Source: Octopus sinensis (taxonomy: Eukaryota). From it: DNA of 64,000 nt. Made by a program: the position numbers and the translations under genes. The stretch spans positions 49,724,001-49,788,000 of the forward strand of contig NC_042998.1 of NCBI RefSeq assembly GCF_006345805.1. The letters are read 5' to 3'. Within the stretch, counting starts at the first letter, position 1. The number at the start of each line of letters is the position of its first letter. Shown in pieces: positions 26,927 through 39,647 of the stretch. The notes beneath the pieces are model-generated. The model had not been told where the DNA came from. It searched no databases and was given only the letters and a program-made list of their open reading frames with translations.

Positions 26927-27157
26927 GGCGGCGAGCTGGCAGAAACGTTAGCACGCCGGGCGAAATGCGTAGCCGTATTTCGTCTGCCGTTACGTTCTGA
27001 GTTCAAATTCCGCCGAGGTCGACTTTGCCTTTCATCCTTTCGGGGTCGATAAATTAAGTACCAGTTACGCACTGGGATCGATCTCATCGACTTAACCCGT
27101 TTGTCTGTCCTTGTTTGTCCCCTCTGTGTTTAGCCCCTTGTGGGTAGTAAAGAAATA
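26927..27157 (+). mobile_element. SINE A monomer (tail type 1)
   Basis: Complete head, body and tail; imperfect flanking repeat gatatacactaac / gatatacatttac. Confidence 0.9.
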
Positions 27158-27206
27158 GATATACATTTACCAAAGCACACACACACACACATACAGTCAG
27201 TATTCT

Positions 27207-27623
27207 TATTTCTTTATTGCCCACAAGGGGCTAAACATAAAGGGGACAAACAAGGACAGACAAACGGATTAAGTCGATCACATCGATCCCAGTGCGTAAT
27301 TGGTACTTTATATATCGACCCCGAAAGGATGAAAGGCAAAGTCGACCTCGGCGGAATTTGAATTTAGGACATAATGATGGGCGAAATACCTATTTCGGTT
27401 TCTTTACTACCCACAAGGGGCTAAACAAAGAGAGGACAAACAAGGACAGACAAACGGATTAAGTCGATTACATCGACCCAGTGCATAACCGGTACTTTAT
27501 ATATCGACCCGAAAGGATGAAAGTCAAAGTCGATCTCGGCGGAATTTGAACTCAGAATGTAACGGCAGACGAAATACTGCTAAGCAATTCGCCCGACATG
27601 TTAACGATTCTGCCAGCTCTCCG
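27207..27623 (-). mobile_element. SINE A dimer
   Basis: Two reverse-complement body units, one head ending at about 27623. Confidence 0.85.
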
Positions 27624-27694
27624 TCTGGCTGTATTCTGTCCATTATGACACACATATATATAGCGTGAAAGGAGATAGATAGATAGAGGGAGAG

Positions 27695-27732
<38 letters not shown>

Positions 27733-28253
27733 TGTTTATAGTTTAAGTTGAAGGATTAACTTAAACCGCAGTCAGGAGGTTGTGGTAAAAAGTAGATTAA
27801 AACAGCCATATATATACGTATCTACATACACACACACACACACGTACACGCACACACACATACATATATAGCCAACAGACGAGATCCAGAGATTCTCAGT
27901 ACAGAAAGCGCTTAGTAGCGCTCAAATGATTCAAGCTAAGACGAAGGACGGCACCAATGCTAAAGAAGTAAACCCAAGGAAATATATCCAAAACAATTAT
28001 CGTAGGGCACTTAGGAAAATTTGCTCACAGAAATTATTCCCAAGAATCCCTCCTATGGTCCACAATGGGGCAAGTCTAAGTCCAGCGGTCTCTACAATTG
28101 GTCTGTTACAATTTGAACTGAGGTCAAAAATTAAAACCGTTACGATGGATATGTCAATAAAACAAACAAGAAAAGGAAAAAGTTCCGGAGGAGAAGTCAA
28201 TGATATAAGTGGAGCGGGGCCGTTTATATCCTTCAGCAGCTTAACATTATAAC

Positions 28254-28653
28254 TATTTCTTTACTACCCACAAGGGGCAAATAAGGACAGACCAACGGAT
28301 TATGTCGATTATATCGACCCCAGTGCGTAACTGGTACTTATTTCATCGACCCCGAAAGAATGAAAGGCAAAGTCGACCTCGGCGAGATTTGAACTCAGAA
28401 CGTAACCGCAGACGAAACACTTATTTCTTTACTGCCCACAAGGGACTACAACACAGAGAGGACAAACAAGGATAGACAAACGGATTAAGTCGATTATATC
28501 GACCCCAGTGCGTAACTGGTACTTAATTTATCGACCCCAAAAGGATGAAAGGTAAAGTCGACCTCGGCGGAATTTGAACTCAGAACGTAACGGCAGACGA
28601 AATACGGCTACGCATTTCGCCCAGCGTGCTAACGATTTTGCCAGCTCGCCGCC
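28254..28653 (-). mobile_element. SINE A dimer
   Basis: Two reverse-complement body units with a junction near 28420, head ending gccagctcgccgcc. Confidence 0.88.
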
Positions 28654-29109
28654 TTCTTAACGTTATAACGTGTATGAGGGAACAGTGAAAAAAGTAGCCC
28701 CGGGGAATAGTTAAGAGGAGACAACTAGTACAGGTAATTCAACGATTCAATTAAGGCTGCTAGGAAAGGAAATTGGACTTAGTCTCATATATAGCGAATT
28801 GTGGTAATAATTATATATATACAGGTACGCAAGAAAAATCCATCTTATAGGTACACTGCAATGAATGCCGAAATTAAAAGTCACTCACAATTAGGCGGTT
28901 AATATTTAAGACCAAATCACATGTTAATTATAGGTAGACTACAATGCAGAAATAAAAGTCACTCACAATTAGGTGGTTAATATTTAAGACCAAATCACAT
29001 GTTAATTATTATCAAATAATGAAACTTACAAGTTGTCACGGCATACTAAATATGATTTAATAAGCGTCTTATTTAGTATACTGTGACCTATCTATCTATC
29101 TATCTATAG

Positions 29110-29163
<54 letters not shown>

Positions 29164-29199
29164 ATTATCTATCTATCTATCTAAGTATATAGTGGTGTG

Positions 29200-29233
<34 letters not shown>

Positions 29234-29254
29234 AGTGTGTATTATATATATATG

Positions 29255-29343
<89 letters not shown>

Positions 29344-29404
29344 CTATATATATGTATGTATGTATTATATATATATATATAGATATATTACAGCCATGCC
29401 TGCG

Positions 29405-29450
<46 letters not shown>

Positions 29451-30179
29451 TATATATATAACATACATACGCATGCAACACACTTATACCCACATATTCA
29501 TATAGCAGTTATAAGAACGCATTAACGATAATGAAATTTTGCACTTTCAGGGTTTTACAATTACGTAAGCATGTCGGTTGTTGCTGTTGCTACTGAATAC
29601 AAGTCCATAAATGCATGAACACAAGTACATCTGAGACGGGGTGTAGATAAGAGTGCAATAGGAACTCATGTACACATGCACACACACACACACATACGCA
29701 CACACGCGCGCGAATATATCAGTGTATGGTTATATTTTTAATCTTTTACTTGTGTCAGTCATTAGACTGCAGCTATGCTGGGACACTGCCCCGAAGGCTT
29801 ATTTGTCGAACGAATACTACACACACACACATATATATATATATAAATATACCAGAGTAAGCACATAAATGCGAAAAAAGGTGAGAAAAATAGTTGTCGA
29901 ATATCAGAGGTACAGTAATATGCTTTATTAAAAAGCAGAGTCTCATGTTCCCGTTCGTCGTCCTGTGTCGTCGTGTGTATCGCAGTGTAGCTGATAGACT
30001 CCAAAAATACGTTAATGTTCAGAGCGGACATTTTGAGCATTTTCGGAACTAACATTGTACAATGTTTTTTAAATAATAAAATAAAATATACAATTATATG
30101 AGTGTAAGCCTACTTTTGCACCACCCTGTGTGTGCACGAACAAATTATAGTTCTTCCATCTGACAGAAAGAAGCAAGTT

Positions 30180-30251
30180 GGTTCGCTGGTGTAATGGTAG
30201 CACACTTGGTCGCGTAAACAAAGCGATGTGGGTTCGAGTCCGACGCGTACG
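30180..30251 (+). pseudogene. tRNA-like pseudogene or tRNA-derived repeat head (5' half resembles tRNA-Gln)
   Basis: ggttcgctggtgtaatggtagcac...gtgggttcgagtccgac: A box, D stem and B box present; acceptor stem 5/7 paired; anticodon stem broken. Deleted second copy at about 30430-30491. Confidence 0.6.
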
Positions 30252-30648
30252 GGAAAACCTACGTTTTTCTTTCGAGGGTTTATATGCCCCATTATTTGAC
30301 TATTTTCTTTAGTCATTGCGCGGTGATCGCCGCTGCTTCACAAAACCATCGCAGTGAAAGCACATGAAAGTTTGTTTGCAAAAACAACTACGAACTAATT
30401 ATAGTTATTAAATCGGACAAAAAGAAGCAAGTGTGTAACAGGAGCACACTTGGTCGCGTAAACAGAGGTGTGGGTTCGAGTCCAATGCATACGGGAAAAC
30501 GTACTTTTTTCTGTCGAGGGCTTATATGCCCCATTATTAGACTAAATTCTTTAGTCATTGCGCGGTGATTGCTTATAAGTTTTAAGCGTATAAAATACTA
30601 TTATATATGTATATATATATTATATATATATATAGATATAATATATAA

Positions 30649-30805
30649 AAAATTTAGAGGATTGACCACTAAAGGTGGACAGCCTGTATGCTAGATATAG
30701 TCGTCAAAATCGCTATTTTCCACGGAGAATGTGTTCTCAAGCGATTTTGACGTCTATATCTAGCATACAGACTGTCCACTTTTAGTGGTCAATCCTCTAA
30801 ATTTT
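30649..30805. mobile_element. Short fold-back (MITE-like) element
   Basis: 66-bp arms 30649-30714 / 30740-30805 with 3 mismatches, 25-nt spacer, in TA-rich flanks. Confidence 0.75.
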
Positions 30806-30933
30806 GAATTTTGTATGAAAAAACTTTAATCTTCTGATTTTTAAAATATGGTAGGCCACCGGCTTTTATTGATTAATATCAATTTCTACCCTTATTTAAT
30901 TTTATATATATTATATATATATTATATAATATA

Positions 30934-30974
<41 letters not shown>

Positions 30975-31333
30975 GCATCTATGGTTCATGAAACATCTTT
31001 GAATTATTCCTTCAGTATTTTTTCTGATGGGTTAATCTATGCAAGCCAATTCAGCTACTGAGGAAGACAAGTTTTCTTTTTAGTTCTCTACGGTTTTTGT
31101 TTCTTTTCTGCTTTTCTTATTTTTATAAAAGCCTTTTTTTGTTTTGCTTTCGAAATTTCAACATGATATTCATATATATTTTCCTGTCACTGTTTTTTTC
31201 TGTTTATCGATTCGTCTCATGAGAATTCATTTATCCTAAAGGATAATATTTAGAGAGCATTGGCCTTCCTCTCTTTTATATACGTATTACATGCATAAAG
31301 CTGACATTGTTGAGATCATTATTTTAGTTTTAT

Positions 31334-31433
31334 NNNNNNNNNNNNNNNNNNNNNNNNNNNNNNNNNNNNNNNNNNNNNNNNNNNNNNNNNNNNNNNNNNN
31401 NNNNNNNNNNNNNNNNNNNNNNNNNNNNNNNNN
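31334..31433. other. Assembly gap (100 N)
   Basis: Run of N. Confidence 1.
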
Positions 31434-31804
31434 GTGTACACATACATATCTAAGAGATGGAAGCATGCGAGAGAAATGAAAATTAATGTAAGTATTGAGT
31501 GATTTAATCGTGACTAAGGCTGCATGTATATCATATCATATGAATGTTTTTGTTCTTGTGTATAATTTCTCTTATTTTTTTTTTCAAGTTGATCGAAATA
31601 TCATGAACAGTTCTTTCAGAATAAGATTTTGTTTACGTACATTAAATTCCATTACCTCATACCCGCCATATATATATAATTAAATATATTATAGATACAT
31701 ATACACACATACATACATACATACTACATACATACATACATACATACATACATACATACATACATGTTTATATATAGTACATTTATATATATATATGTGT
31801 TATA

Positions 31805-31839
<35 letters not shown>

Positions 31840-32003
31840 GATAGATGTATAATTATATTTTATATATATATATGTATATACATACATCATACATATATAT
31901 ATTGTTTATATGTATGTGTGTGTGTGAATTATATATACACACACACACGCATATATATATTATATATATATATATATATTTTATATATCTATATATAGAT
32001 ATA

Positions 32004-32050
<47 letters not shown>

Positions 32051-32983
32051 ATATATATATATATATATATAGTATATTATATATATATATATATATAATA
32101 TATTAATATATATGTATATATTATATATACAGATATACGCACATATAGTATGTATACATGCAGGCATATATACATATATCACACACTATAGTATTTATAC
32201 ATATATATGAACATATATATATATATATATGCTTGAATACATACTTACATACTCACATGCTGATACATACATGCAGCCATACACATAACACACACACACA
32301 CAAACACACAGGCACACACAGCCACACACACATATATAATACACAAAGATCCAGGCATGAATGCATATACAATTATGTATATATGTGTACACATATATGT
32401 ATATTCATGTACAAACACACACATATGGTGTATGTCTGTTTACGTATACACGTAGGTATATATAGCTATGTATCTGCGTGTTCATTTTGGAGTGGTTCGT
32501 AATATATTTTCAATCTTTTCTTCCGCATTCCTTTAATTTAGAGTGTAAATATATTTGTATCTCAGACTGCAAATGTCGCTTTACTGATTTGTTATCAAAT
32601 GCGTCATACATGCGTTTATGCATGTGAAAATGAAGCTTTTTATATGTTTTATAGTAATGAGTTTTATCAAACTTTTGAATATCAAGCTATATGATAGAAA
32701 CCTTTGTAAAAAGCAACCAGAATTGCGATAACACACATGCATGCATATATATATATATATATATAATATAGATATATATATATATAATATATATATATAT
32801 TATATATATATACATATATATATTAACATACATACATACATACATACATACACACGCCACATACATATATATAAATACATATATATATGTTATATATAGT
32901 TATATATACATATATTATATATTGGTATATATATGTCTATATGCATATATATATATATATTACAATATATGTAGAATATATAT

Positions 32984-33014
<31 letters not shown>

Positions 33015-33438
33015 ACAACACATATATATACACGTATAAATTATATATTATATGATATATATATATATATATATTTATATATAGGTATGTGTGTGTAATT
33101 ATATACATATGTGTGTGTTGTGTATAAGCTCATGCCTCTTAAGAATATGACGCAGGTTGCTGTCATGGCTCTCATTGTGTTTTTTTAGACAATAATTTTA
33201 ACAGAATGTGAATGTGTGTGCGTGGATGCTTGTATGTACGTACATATGTGTGTTTGTATATGAATAATAAGTGAATACACGAAAGAGACACAAGCTTTTT
33301 GATTTTTTCTCCTAAGCAATAATAAGCTGATCTCAGAACTATACGTGAACATTTGGACGCCTGTATATGTGTGTGTCTTATAGAAGTATGCATGAAAACA
33401 ACCAAATGTTTAATTATATATATATATATGTGTGTGTG

Positions 33439-33964
33439 TGTGAAGTATATTTGCCACCTAAATGTGGCTAACCCCTAAGGGTGGATGCTACTGTAGCTTT
33501 GGCCCCTGGAGAACATCTCCAGCTGGCTATTAGCACACTTTCTGTGCCCTGTCAATATTTGCAAAGGGAAGCCATCCTTCCCATCGTTGACCTGACGTGA
33601 TACGCACGGACCCGGGTTTCTGGATTTTAACCGTCGTTAGCGCACGACAATCACCGGTCTTCGATGCCAAGGGTTCGTAATGCAAATACATATATCGTTA
33701 CTGGAAAAAGGATATATGTATTTGCATTGCGACGCCTCCGCATCGGATTGTCGTGCGCTGACGACGGCTGAATACCCAGAAACCCGGGTCCGTGCGTATC
33801 ACGTCAGGTCGACGATGGGAAGGATGGCTTCCCTTTGCAAATACTGATAGGGCACAGAAAGTGTGTCAATAGTCAGCTGGAGAAGATGCTCTCCTGGGGC
33901 TACAAGCTACAGTAGCATCCATCCTTAGTAGTTAGCCACATTTAGGTGGCAAATATACTTCACA
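33439..33964. mobile_element. Large fold-back element (~255-bp arms) carrying hammerhead-like motifs
   Basis: Arms 33439-33696 / 33711-33964 are reverse complements with scattered mismatches; 14-nt spacer gttactggaaaaag. Confidence 0.85.
33752..33796 (+). ncRNA. Candidate minimal type-I hammerhead ribozyme
   Basis: CGUGCG-CUGACGA-CGGCUGAAUACCCA-GAA-ACCCGGGU-C-CGUGCG: intact core, palindromic stem III, GUC site; stem II weak. Confidence 0.5.
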
Positions 33965-34580
33965 TTGTTGTGGAGCTACTGTTTATACCTCGTTCAGAGA
34001 TTTATTATATCGCAAATCAATGATGATTGGAACTGCTCTCAAAAAAAAGAGAAATGAAAACGCTCACCTGTCACATGTTAGAACTTGACCAACCATGGAA
34101 TTGCCCTCATGATCGTCCGACTATGCACCATTTGATCAACTGAAACATGCGCTTTGCTCTCATACTTTATTATCATCTTATAATCATCTCATAATAATGA
34201 CTTTTATGACTCTTATTACTACCTCAGTCCATCTAAATGTATATATTTGTCGTTACCTGTCATAAAAAGCCTTTTTTTATTTGCAATGTGCATTTTCGTT
34301 GATTTTTCATATTTTACCCTTACATTTCCACGTGTATTTTATATTTTCTTTTTGTAACATATTTCTACTATATATATATTTATGGATGTGTGTAAGAGCG
34401 TGTATACTTGCATATATCTATACCTTTGCTTGGAAACAACAATCGATAAACCAGGATTTAGGCTACCTTCATCTTGTACTCCAAAGGGCTCGCGAGTTAA
34501 CAAAACGTTCTACGATCGTCCTGGGATAATCTGTTGAAGATGAATATTTAATTCTCAAAGTGTTTAGTTTGTCCAATATA

Positions 34581-34813
34581 TATTTCTTTACTACCCACAA
34601 GGGGCGAAACACAGAGGGGGACAAACAAGGACAGACAAAGCGATTAAGTCGATTCCATCGACCCCCATTGCGTAACTGGTACTTAATTTATCGACCCCGA
34701 AAGGATGAAAGGCAAAGTCGACCTCGGCGGAATTTGAACTCACAACGTAACGGCAGACAAAATACCACAAAGCATTTCGCCCGGTGTGCTAACGTTTCTG
34801 CCAGCTTGCCGCC
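34581..34813 (-). mobile_element. SINE A monomer with 13-bp TSD
   Basis: TSD tttgtccaatata at 34568-34580 and 34816-34828. Confidence 0.92.
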
Positions 34814-34949
34814 TTTTTGTCCAATATAGTCTTCCCGAATCCATTGCATTTGATGGCATATGTTGAATTTTTTGATGATCACATAAAATGCTCTTTCGTA
34901 GTAAAAACTATCCCGATTTAAATTTATAAGTTGTGCCCTCAATAAAGTT

Positions 34950-35620
34950 ACACAATTAGACCGGCTATACTTTTCACCTGTTGGATTTGAGTCCGTAGTT
35001 GATAGTTACGCGTTGGTAAGTATTCTTTTGGGATATTGGTTGTATTTGCATTTGATTATCTTATATGATACAAGTGCCATTTTCATTCTTGGGTTTTGGC
35101 TCAATAACGTTATACTCTGAAGGATAATGCTGAATATTTCTATGCTTCCTGGGTCGTGTGTTGTAATTAAAAGTAGTAATTAGGATCTATGTGAACTGGC
35201 TTGGCTTTCGTAATTCTTCAATGTCTAATGCTTCGGCGCGTTCTATTCCCGTCTCTATTTGAATATACGGTTACTTTCCTTCAAGTAGCGCCAGTTTTAA
35301 TTCTAGGAGTCTTTTATCCTGAACTTCCAGATTGGAGACAACTGTTCGGATTTCTATCTAGGTTAACTAGAATATTAAATTTCGTATGTTTAGGTGGCAT
35401 GAAATCAAAAGTAGATACTGTTTATTCCGTTGGTTTGTAATAGATGTCGGTTTCTATGTTAGTGCTATTTTATATAATCAAAATGTCTAAGAAGGGTAAT
35501 TGGTTATAGCTAAATTATTAGTCGAAATCATAATTAATCCATCTAGTGTAGAATAATTCAACAGGGAGGACGCCAAAGTCTATGAGATAACTGTTCAATC
35601 TGGAGAAGGAGGTACTTCCA
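34950..35620 (-). pseudogene. Penelope-like element RT C-terminal/thumb remnant
   Basis: Minus frames LPFLDILII...IETDIYYKPT, PKHTKFNI, DKRLLELKLALLE, IETGIERAEALDIEELRK, typical of PLE reverse transcriptases. Confidence 0.85.
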
Positions 35621-35853
35621 GTTCAGCAAAAGGAACTTGTCCATGTGCTTGCTCTTGCTAAAATTTTCGGATCTGGGTGTAAGCAGTGTGGTGGAATTTC
35701 ACCACACTGCTTAATTTCAGATCCATCTTTCTCCCATACTTATTGTTTTTAACACAGCAAGTCAACAAAAGATCTTATCTCAACAAATACTACAGTAATT
35801 GGTCTATGGCCAGTGTGTATACATTAAATATGATACATAGTTCGCTATATAGG

Positions 35854-35886
<33 letters not shown>

Positions 35887-36744
35887 TATGCAAACAAGTT
35901 GAGACGTCACTGGTTCTTAGGAAGCTGGTTTAGTCATTTACAATACAGAACTCAAAGTGCTATAATGAGTAATCGAACGAAATAAAATGTATGTTGTTGG
36001 GCTCATTGTTTTAATAAAAATAAAACGTTTTCACTTCTATATATGAATCCGTGCAAAACATCCATCCATCCATCCATATATGCATGCATACATGCATGCA
36101 TACATGCATGCATACATACATACATACATACATACATACATACATACATACATACATACATACATACATACATACATACATACATACATACATACATACA
36201 TACAAAATACTCTGTTGATGTTGAAATTCCAGTGAAAGAGCCTTGGATCTAGGTTAGAAACCGACTCTTTCTCTATTGGCAAGAAATCTTGAAATAAAAC
36301 TCTATAATGACATACATACATACATACATACATGAATACATACATATATACATACATATGTGTGTATGTGAGTGAGTGAGATATAAATATGTTAAGAGAC
36401 AGATGGTGACAGAGAAAATGGGTTTAAGAAAGAATACAGAATGCTTTAATTTTAGAAAAAAATATGCAAAGTAGTGATTAGAAAGGAAGCACTAGACTGC
36501 AGCTCTTACATCTTACAGACTCACGCAGTACTTTCAGCGGAAGAATTGCAACGATGAATGTTCGGATGAATGGGTACGTTGAAGACGATCGGTGTAGGGT
36601 ACGCTGGTAAAGAAAGGAAATAATAAGAGACAGAAAACAGAAAAAAAATCAAACTAGAAATTTTGGAAGAGCTTACTACTGAGAAAAGTTTTGAAAAACA
36701 ACAAAAGCACTAAACGGAAATCAACTCGACAGCGCCAAAACCCT

Positions 36745-37190
36745 CATCGTCGTCGTCGTCGTCATCGTCGTTGACATCGCCGTCATCGTCGTCGTCATCG
36801 TCGTTGACATCGCCGTCATCGTCGTCGTCATCGTCGTTGACATCGCCGTCATCGTCGTTGACATCGCCGTCATCGTCGTCGTCATTGTCGTTGACATCGC
36901 CGTCATCATCGTTGACATCACCGTCATCGTCGTTGACATCGCCGTCATCGTAGTCGTCATCGTCGTCGACATCGCCGTCATCGTCGTCGTCATCGTCATC
37001 GTCGTTGACATCGCCGTCATCGTCGTCGTCATCGTCGTTGACATCGCCGTCATCGTTGTTGACATCGCCGTCATCGTCGTCGTCACCGTCGTTGACATCG
37101 CCGTCATCGTAGTCGTCATCGTCGTCGACATCGCCGTCATCGTCGTCGTCATCGTCATCGTCGTTGACATCGCCGTCATCGTCGTCCATG
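36745..37190. repeat. GAC/GAT-derived minisatellite with recurring unit tcgttgacatcgccgtca
   Basis: Variable 21-36-bp units; minus strand reads (D)nGDVN repeats. Confidence 0.9.
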
Positions 37191-37548
37191 TCTTAGTCCT
37201 TGGTGTTGTCGTCGTCGTCGCCGTAATCTTTGTCTTTACAATTGTCGCCGTCGTCGTCGTCGTCGTTGTGGCATATCTAGTATGCACACTATTTACAAAT
37301 ATGTCTTTCCATTATCAAGGCTGTACGAAGAGACTGAGGGTTTGGCTGCTATATCAAGCAGGTCGTGCGAGCACATATGTAATCGCTATTCTTGTTGCTT
37401 TCGTTGCTGACGATGATGAAGACAACAACATACTGCTGTGCAGCTACTGATGATGGTGGTGGTGGAGACGACGACGACGACGACAAAGACGACGATGATG
37501 ATGATGAGGAGGAGGATGAGGATGAGGAGGAAGATGATAATGACGAGG

Positions 37549-37604
<56 letters not shown>

Positions 37605-37727
37605 CATCACCATCATCATCATCATTATCATCATCATCATTAAGATTCTTGTTGTTGTTGTTGTTGTTCTTCTTCTTCTTCTTCTTCTTCTTCTTATTAT
37701 TATTATTATTATTATGATTATTATTAT

Positions 37728-37880
37728 TGAGTAAGAGAGCAGTGCATGCCATCAATATAACACTGAGGTAAAATATACGAGGCCCAGTATACCCATCACG
37801 ACTACCCGCCTGATAAGGCTACACCAGGCACATGCATCACAACCATATGAGCGCGACATGGGGATCTCATATCAAGATTA
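37728..37880 (-). mobile_element. 3' end of interspersed retroposon family C
   Basis: Reverse complement of 45485-45640 (atcttgatatgagatc...gcactgctctctcactcaata). Confidence 0.75.
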
Positions 37881-37886
37881 TTATTA

Positions 37887-37924
<38 letters not shown>

Positions 37925-37958
37925 TATTATTATTATTATCATCATCATTCTTCTTCTT

Positions 37959-37989
<31 letters not shown>

Positions 37990-38138
37990 TTATTATTATA
38001 TCATCATCATTCTTCTTCTTCTTATTATTATTATTATAGTGATAATTATGATGATGATGGTGATGGTAATGGTGGCGATAATGATGATAATGACGATGAC
38101 GGAGGTGATAATGGTGAGGATGATAATGATGCAGATGT

Positions 38139-38189
<51 letters not shown>

Positions 38190-38797
38190 CGACGACAACT
38201 CCGACGACGACGACGACGACGATACAACCTCAAGACGACGACTATTACAACGACAATGTAGATGTCAACATCGGTGTGGAAGAACGACAAATGTTTAGAT
38301 GACACAAAGGTTAAACACCGACAGTGTGTTCGTCTAGTCAGAGCGACGATTAAAACAGTGCTGGGGGACTCCTGATTACTTAGTCTGACGCAATCGCACA
38401 ATGGCAATATTTTTCCATTGTGAAAATCCGATAAGAAGGAAAATGCTTTACGTTATCGAGAGAGAAAGAGAGAAAGAGTGCGGTTCCAACATTGAGACTG
38501 ACGTCAGTGAATACAGATTATTCCATAATTCAACCATTACAATTACAAATCACGTGGTAATCTAACTTGATGTGACTAGACTTTGTACGTCAATGAACTT
38601 CGTCAAATTAATTAGTATTTGTGGGTATATGTATGTGTGTGTGCGTGCTTGCGTGTAATTAAGAATATATATCGTATGATATATACATACAGAGATATAC
38701 ATACACATGTATGCGTATATATGTATATATCTGTGTGTGTATGTGTGTGTATATACACACACATATATATATATATATGCATACTACACACGCACTA

Positions 38798-38844
<47 letters not shown>

Positions 38845-38983
38845 TGTGGGTATGTGTGTAAGTGTATATGTATGTATATATATATTTATGTGTATATATA
38901 TACACATATATATGTATAATACGTGCATATATATATATATTATATATATGCACATATATATACATATATATGTATAACGTAAA

Positions 38984-39075
38984 GGCGTATGGCTCTGTGG
39001 TTAGATCGTTGGGCTCACAATCATGAGGTGGTGAATTCGATTCCGGGACTGCGCTGTGTGTGGTGTTCTTGAGCA
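38984..39075 (+). mobile_element. Truncated tRNA-derived SINE head (third family)
   Basis: ggcgtatggctctgtggttag (A box)...gaattcgattcc (B box)...gtgttcttgagca. Confidence 0.55.
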
Positions 39076-39647
39076 TCTATCTATATATGCACATACATAC
39101 GCATGCACGCACATAAACATGCACACAGAGACGTATATTCTACAGCTTGTACAGATGTGCTTTAAACAGGCTTTTCACTTTTTCTTTCTTTCCCTAAAGT
39201 GGGAAAAGGGTCCTCCAAAATGTTAGCCACCTGTTTCTTTCCTTTTTTTCGGCGTATTTGTCCACCACCTTTTTAACTGTTGTCTACCTACTCCAGCCTC
39301 TCAAGCTGTGCAACTGTCTTTGTCTTATACCCCTCGTTACATTTGAGCTCCAACATTAACCATTATCACAAGATTACACCCCCCCCCCCCACACACACAC
39401 CTACCCCCCACACTCATTCATCACCCACGGAAATGACTCTCCTGCAGGAATTTAAGCGACAACTGAAGTAATAAACAGGATTATGTCAGGTGTCGACGGG
39501 AATATTTCAGAGTGGAAGTTCGTTAGTAAATTTGTTTGGTCCTGGTATTGAATCTATTCTCAGATATGTTGAGGAAATACCAGGGTAACATTTTTCGATC
39601 AACAGAGCGAAGGAAAAGAAAATCTTTTTTTCGGTAACGCATGGCTG

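Noticed and set aside
27926-28252. 108-aa ORF, faintly RTE-like (IKQTRKGKSSG)
   Set aside because: Similarity too weak to support without a profile search.
30180-30251. Functional tRNA gene
   Set aside because: Anticodon stem does not pair and the acceptor stem has two mismatches; kept only as a pseudogene-like feature.
36710-37189. Asp-rich biomineralisation protein gene
   Set aside because: No signal peptide or non-repetitive domain; an in-frame stop lies just upstream of the ATG; embedded among other trinucleotide microsatellites.
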